Shown here: piece after piece, positions 60,260-64,000 of the stretch | Layout: each line of letters begins with the position of its first letter | How positions within the stretch are numbered: the first letter of the stretch is position 1 | Assembly (NCBI GenBank): GCA_001179505.1 | Contig: CDMY01000781.1 | Span: 186,001 to 250,000 of the forward strand | DNA: 64,000 nucleotides | From: Vitrella brassicaformis CCMP3155 | Taxonomy: Eukaryota > Protista > Chromerida | Direction: 5' to 3' | The notes under the pieces: generated by a model | Told to the model about the DNA's origin: nothing | What the model saw: only the letters and a program-made list of their open reading frames with translations | The model's database searches: none | Made by a program: the position numbers and the translations under genes

Positions 60260-60570
60260 TGGTGGAAACGCACCATCGAACGAGCCCCGTCGACCCTTGA
60301 GTGGCTGTGCATGACGGGTTGTGTTGCTATTTGATTGGACCATCCTTTCGCGTCGATGGAGGGTGACGGTGTGTGTTGGCTGGGGGGCGGGGGCGAGGGA
60401 GACAGAGCTTGTTGGTGCTGTCACTGCATAATCGGTTGACTGACGTGTACACGGAACATCCACTTCAGAACAAGTCAGACAGGCGAACAAGAAGAAACAT
60501 CCAGAAGACACGCGCACGCATATCGACATCTGCAGATAAATAAAAGTAACAAAATACACACATCCAGACA

Positions 60571-63500
60571 TCACGTCTCTTTAACAGCCGGCAATTTGAC
60601 AGTGGTGGACGGCACTCGGTCCTTCATCCACCCTTCACTCGACAGGGTTAGATACCCGTAGCTCCCCGTCCCTTCATCCGTTGTCTCCGAGGGCGCCACC
60701 CGATTGTCCCTCTTTCCCGCTTCACTGTTGTTGATTGCGACGGGAGGCAGCGAGACGGGCGTCAGGACTGAGACGGCAGGCGGCCTGGGCTCCTCACCGT
60801 CGGAGACAATGACGAGGACTGGCCGGGGGCTCTTCGGTGTCATTTCTCTTGAGCCAGCAGAGCGATCGAAAGACCGCACACTGGCTGGCCGTGACATTGG
60901 AGGTGAGGGCGGGGGGGAGATCTGGTTTGGAGACGGAGGGCCACCTTCGACTGTCACTCGACGCCACGTATTGGGGTAGAAGACCTTCGCTGTCGCACTG
61001 ACAGCCAGAAGAAGAAAGAAAGAAGGTGGATGACACAGCAGGTGTGGCAGCCTTCTCTGTGACGTACGTTCGGGGCAGTGGAGGGAGGTCAATTGGGTGC
61101 AATCGTGGGGACGGGTGGTGGTTAGTTGTGTCTCTTGAGGTCTCTGCCATCTTCGTCTTGGACACCTTCCGGTACTTCCACATCTTCCGCCTTGTCCACG
61201 TCTCCTCCGTTTCCTCCAGCTCTTTCAGCACCGAGCCGCGCCAGCCCCCTCCACTCCTCATCGATGCGGCGTGCCGAGGCGAGCTGGAAATGTGAGTGCG
61301 TCTCGCATGGCCGGAGACATGGTCTTTCGGCTTCTTGGATTTGGATGCTGCCGGAAGCTCGTACTTCTTCTCTTCGTAGTAAATTCTCCCACCCGGCACG
61401 ACTAGACGAGTGATCTTTGGAGAGGGAGGACGGCTGGCTGGGGGCGCTGGCGGCTGGATGGGGAGAGGCAATGGGCTGAATGATATGGCCTTTTTGCCGT
61501 GTTGCCGCTTCTTGGCTGCAGACGGCTGCTCCTCCGACTGCTGGAGGGGCACTATCTCGAGGGGCGCCGGCGGTGGCGAGTCTTCCCTTTTCTGGATGAC
61601 TTGGCGCTGCCGCTTGCGCACATCCCGCAACCTGAAGCTCGACAGGGTCATTCTGCGGTGGTCGATCAACTCGCTGCCAACTGCAGGAAAAGACATGATG
61701 ACAAAAAGGGCTTATCCGATGCTAGTGATACCATTTCATGCGTGGAGTACCTTGTCGCCCTCCGGCTTTCCACGGCAGGCCTTCTACACTACTGTCATCC
61801 CTGTCGTAGTCGTCGCTCTGCCTGTCCTCATCCATGGAGGGCGGCAGCCGGCGAGCAGTCCGATCCCGCGCAGTGCTGCCGTGCCCGACACCCTCGATGC
61901 ACATCAACGTGTCGATCTCCATGCCGCGTCTTGCAAATGGAGAGGAGCGACGCAGAAGAGGCAGCGATGGGTGGCCTTTGTCAACCAGTTGTGTCATTTC
62001 AGGATGGAAGTAGGCCGCATCAGGGTGGTAGATAGCCGACATGCGCGCGTGTCTGCTCCACGAGACACAAGAAGTGGACGACCGTCTCTCTGCTTCGGCT
62101 AAATGCTTCTCTCTCACCTTGTTGCGCTGATAGTGAGTGGGATGGAGAGGTCCTCGTCAGACATCGGCTCTCCAACGGCCTCGCGTAGGACAGCAAGAGC
62201 GTCCTTGACCTCTTCGTCGCCCTCCTTTTCCTTCAGCGCAAGCTCGATCATCTCCTGCTCCAGACTGTCCTCTGGTGTCGCCTTCTGCTGACCTCGACGT
62301 GGTTCAACAATCTCCTCTGGCATCGCGGACGGAAGCTCGGCTACACTAGCGTCTCTGAGTCGCGGCGCTAGAGGCGGCAACGGCGCAAGAGGCGGCAGCG
62401 CACCATGTCCTTCGAGACCAAATGCGCCGCCTTGAGCTCCCAGTCCCCTTGGCGCCTTGACGCCGAGAGATGGTCGAGTGAAAGCTTTCGCCGACGGCCG
62501 GTCTTTCACTCCAACACCAACGGAGAGCGGGGGCACTCGGGGAAAGACAGCGGCAACGGCGGCATCAGGCTTGACAGCTTCAGCTTCTTCAACACCGGCC
62601 TCTTCTGGCTGGCTGGAGACATCAGGCCGCACAGGTCGTCCCCTTAGAGTCGACACAGTGGTGCGCCTTGCGGTGACAACTGCGGCAGATGGCGGAGCGC
62701 CGAATCTGTCGACCACTTCGGCCTCTTCCTCTTCTATAATACGGGTTGGGGAAGTCTCCAAGCCGACCAATGCACGCCTGACGGGTGGCGGCTCAACAGA
62801 GGGCTTCTCCCTCTCCTCCACCGCTGCCTCGGGTGCGGGTATGGACGGCTGGGGAGACGGCTCGTCCCATCGTTGTGGTTCTGGCGATTGCGGAATCTGG
62901 ACTGGTGTCGTCTTTGGGATCGGAGCACCAGCATCCGGTCGCGAGGGCGCTGTAACGGGTGCCGTTGTTGGGATAGTCGCGGGTTTGGACGGCGGCCCGC
63001 TGACGGGGAGTGGCGCAGGCCCTGCAGGCGCAGATGGCTGCATTCTGGTCTCTGCACGGACTGAAGGCGCCTTCCCTGTGGCGGGAGGAGGGGCAGCAGG
63101 TGCAGGCGGCTGCTCTTTCGTGATTGAAGGTCGCTCCAATGTATCCGGCGGGGAGACACGTGGCTGTTCAGCTCGCTCCTCTTTGATCTCCTCCTGCTTG
63201 GCTGCTGCAGCAGCTGCTGTTGGCTTGTCCATCGAGCGCCTTTCCGCCTTTTCCACTCTGTCCTTCTCCGGCACCTCTTCACGACGCACCTCTGCTGGTC
63301 TCACAGCTTCTTGTGTCTCCTTGGTAGGTTCTCGGGCAGCAGGTGGTAGTGTTGCTGCCGGCAGCAGTGGCCGCTCCCGCCTGGGCTGAGACGGCCGATC
63401 CTCAGACAGCGCCAGCCGCCTCTCCGAATCCAGGTGACCGGAGGGCGACTCCAGTGGTGAGGATGGGCCAGAAACCACAACCGACAGCTGCTCTCCGGTC

Positions 63501-64000
63501 ATCTGCCGGGCCATTTGCGTCTGCACCAGCACCTCAGCAAGTGTCCCTCGCATAGCAGCCAGTGTGGAAGACGACTCGGAGAGGTCAAAGGTATCAGACA
63601 GAGGAGGGCTGCGACGGTCGAATGGCACTGCTGCAGGTGGAGTTCGAGGAGACACGGCTGCTCGGCTGGTTGTGTGGGGTGGGCGCTCCTGGTCGGATAC
63701 AGTGTGGACAGGGCTTGTTGAAGGGGACTCTCGGGGCGATAGGCTGACTTTTGATGAGCCTCTGGGGGAGGATTCCTTGGACAGTGGACGCCCGCTGACA
63801 GATGCCGGGCGAGACGGTCGCCTGAGCGAGGAGTGTCGACGGGTTGTGCGGACAGGCTGCGCCGGAGCGACAGGCGTTGACATGTCGACTGCAACACAAG
63901 CCGCCACAAACCCATTGTGTTGCTCTTCGTCCGTGGAAAGATGCAGCGCTTACTGAGGCCATCGGCTTCCAGCCTCTTTATGAAGGAGTCGGCCTCTTTT
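60571..64000 (-). CDS. Large Pro/Ser/Glu-rich low-complexity protein, multi-exon, 5' truncated by the window edge
   Basis: Exon EADSFIKRLEADGL|gtaag at about 63955-64000, then a ~1.8 kb exon (62114 to about 63900) and further in-frame exons (61720-62095, 61320-61685, 61030-61290, 60571-61005) ending LPAVKET-stop. No domain recognised. Confidence 0.7.

Noticed and set aside
1-64000. tRNA, rRNA, snRNA, SRP RNA, CRISPR arrays, retroelement or transposase ORFs
   Set aside because: No diagnostic motifs recognised by eye; repeats are simple microsatellites without spacers. tRNAscan-SE and Infernal were not run, so small RNAs cannot be fully excluded.

Overview
Eukaryotic nuclear DNA that is GC-rich, gene-dense and very intron-rich (short GT-AG introns full of (GT)n/(CA)n, (CAGA)n and (CATC)n microsatellites). 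Most ORF-track entries are exon fragments, intron read-through or antisense noise. ApiAP2-type AP2 proteins, an ISP-like PH protein, a bipartite plastid-targeted transporter and centriole/flagellar genes point to a chromerid alveolate, most like Vitrella brassicaformis (inference, not a database match). By manual splicing I reconstruct about 25 protein-coding genes, including a kinesin-4-like motor (cut by the left edge), TBCB, a bromodomain-PHD protein, hybrid cluster protein (hcp), an ARM/LamG protein, Arp10, lipase maturation factor, a TyrP-family permease, a longin VAMP, a CNB-homology protein, an F-box/LRR-like protein, two multi-AP2 paralogues, epsilon-tubulin, TEX9 and a large low-complexity gene cut by the right edge. 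No tRNA, rRNA, CRISPR array or intact mobile element was found. Top leads: (1) an intronless Orai-fold channel lacking the Ca2+ selectivity glutamates; (2) a 101-aa three-exon, probably mitochondrial, single-TM microprotein that the ORF track misses; (3) a bromodomain-PHD protein with a WGR-like C-terminal domain; (4) two outward-facing multi-AP2 paralogues built by repeated duplication of a two-exon module; (5) a complete, intron-rich HCP; (6) a roughly 110-nt multibranch hairpin in an intergenic gap; (7) nine head-to-head gene pairs with short spacers. All family assignments come from motif recognition by eye, and exon boundaries at gene ends are approximate where stated.
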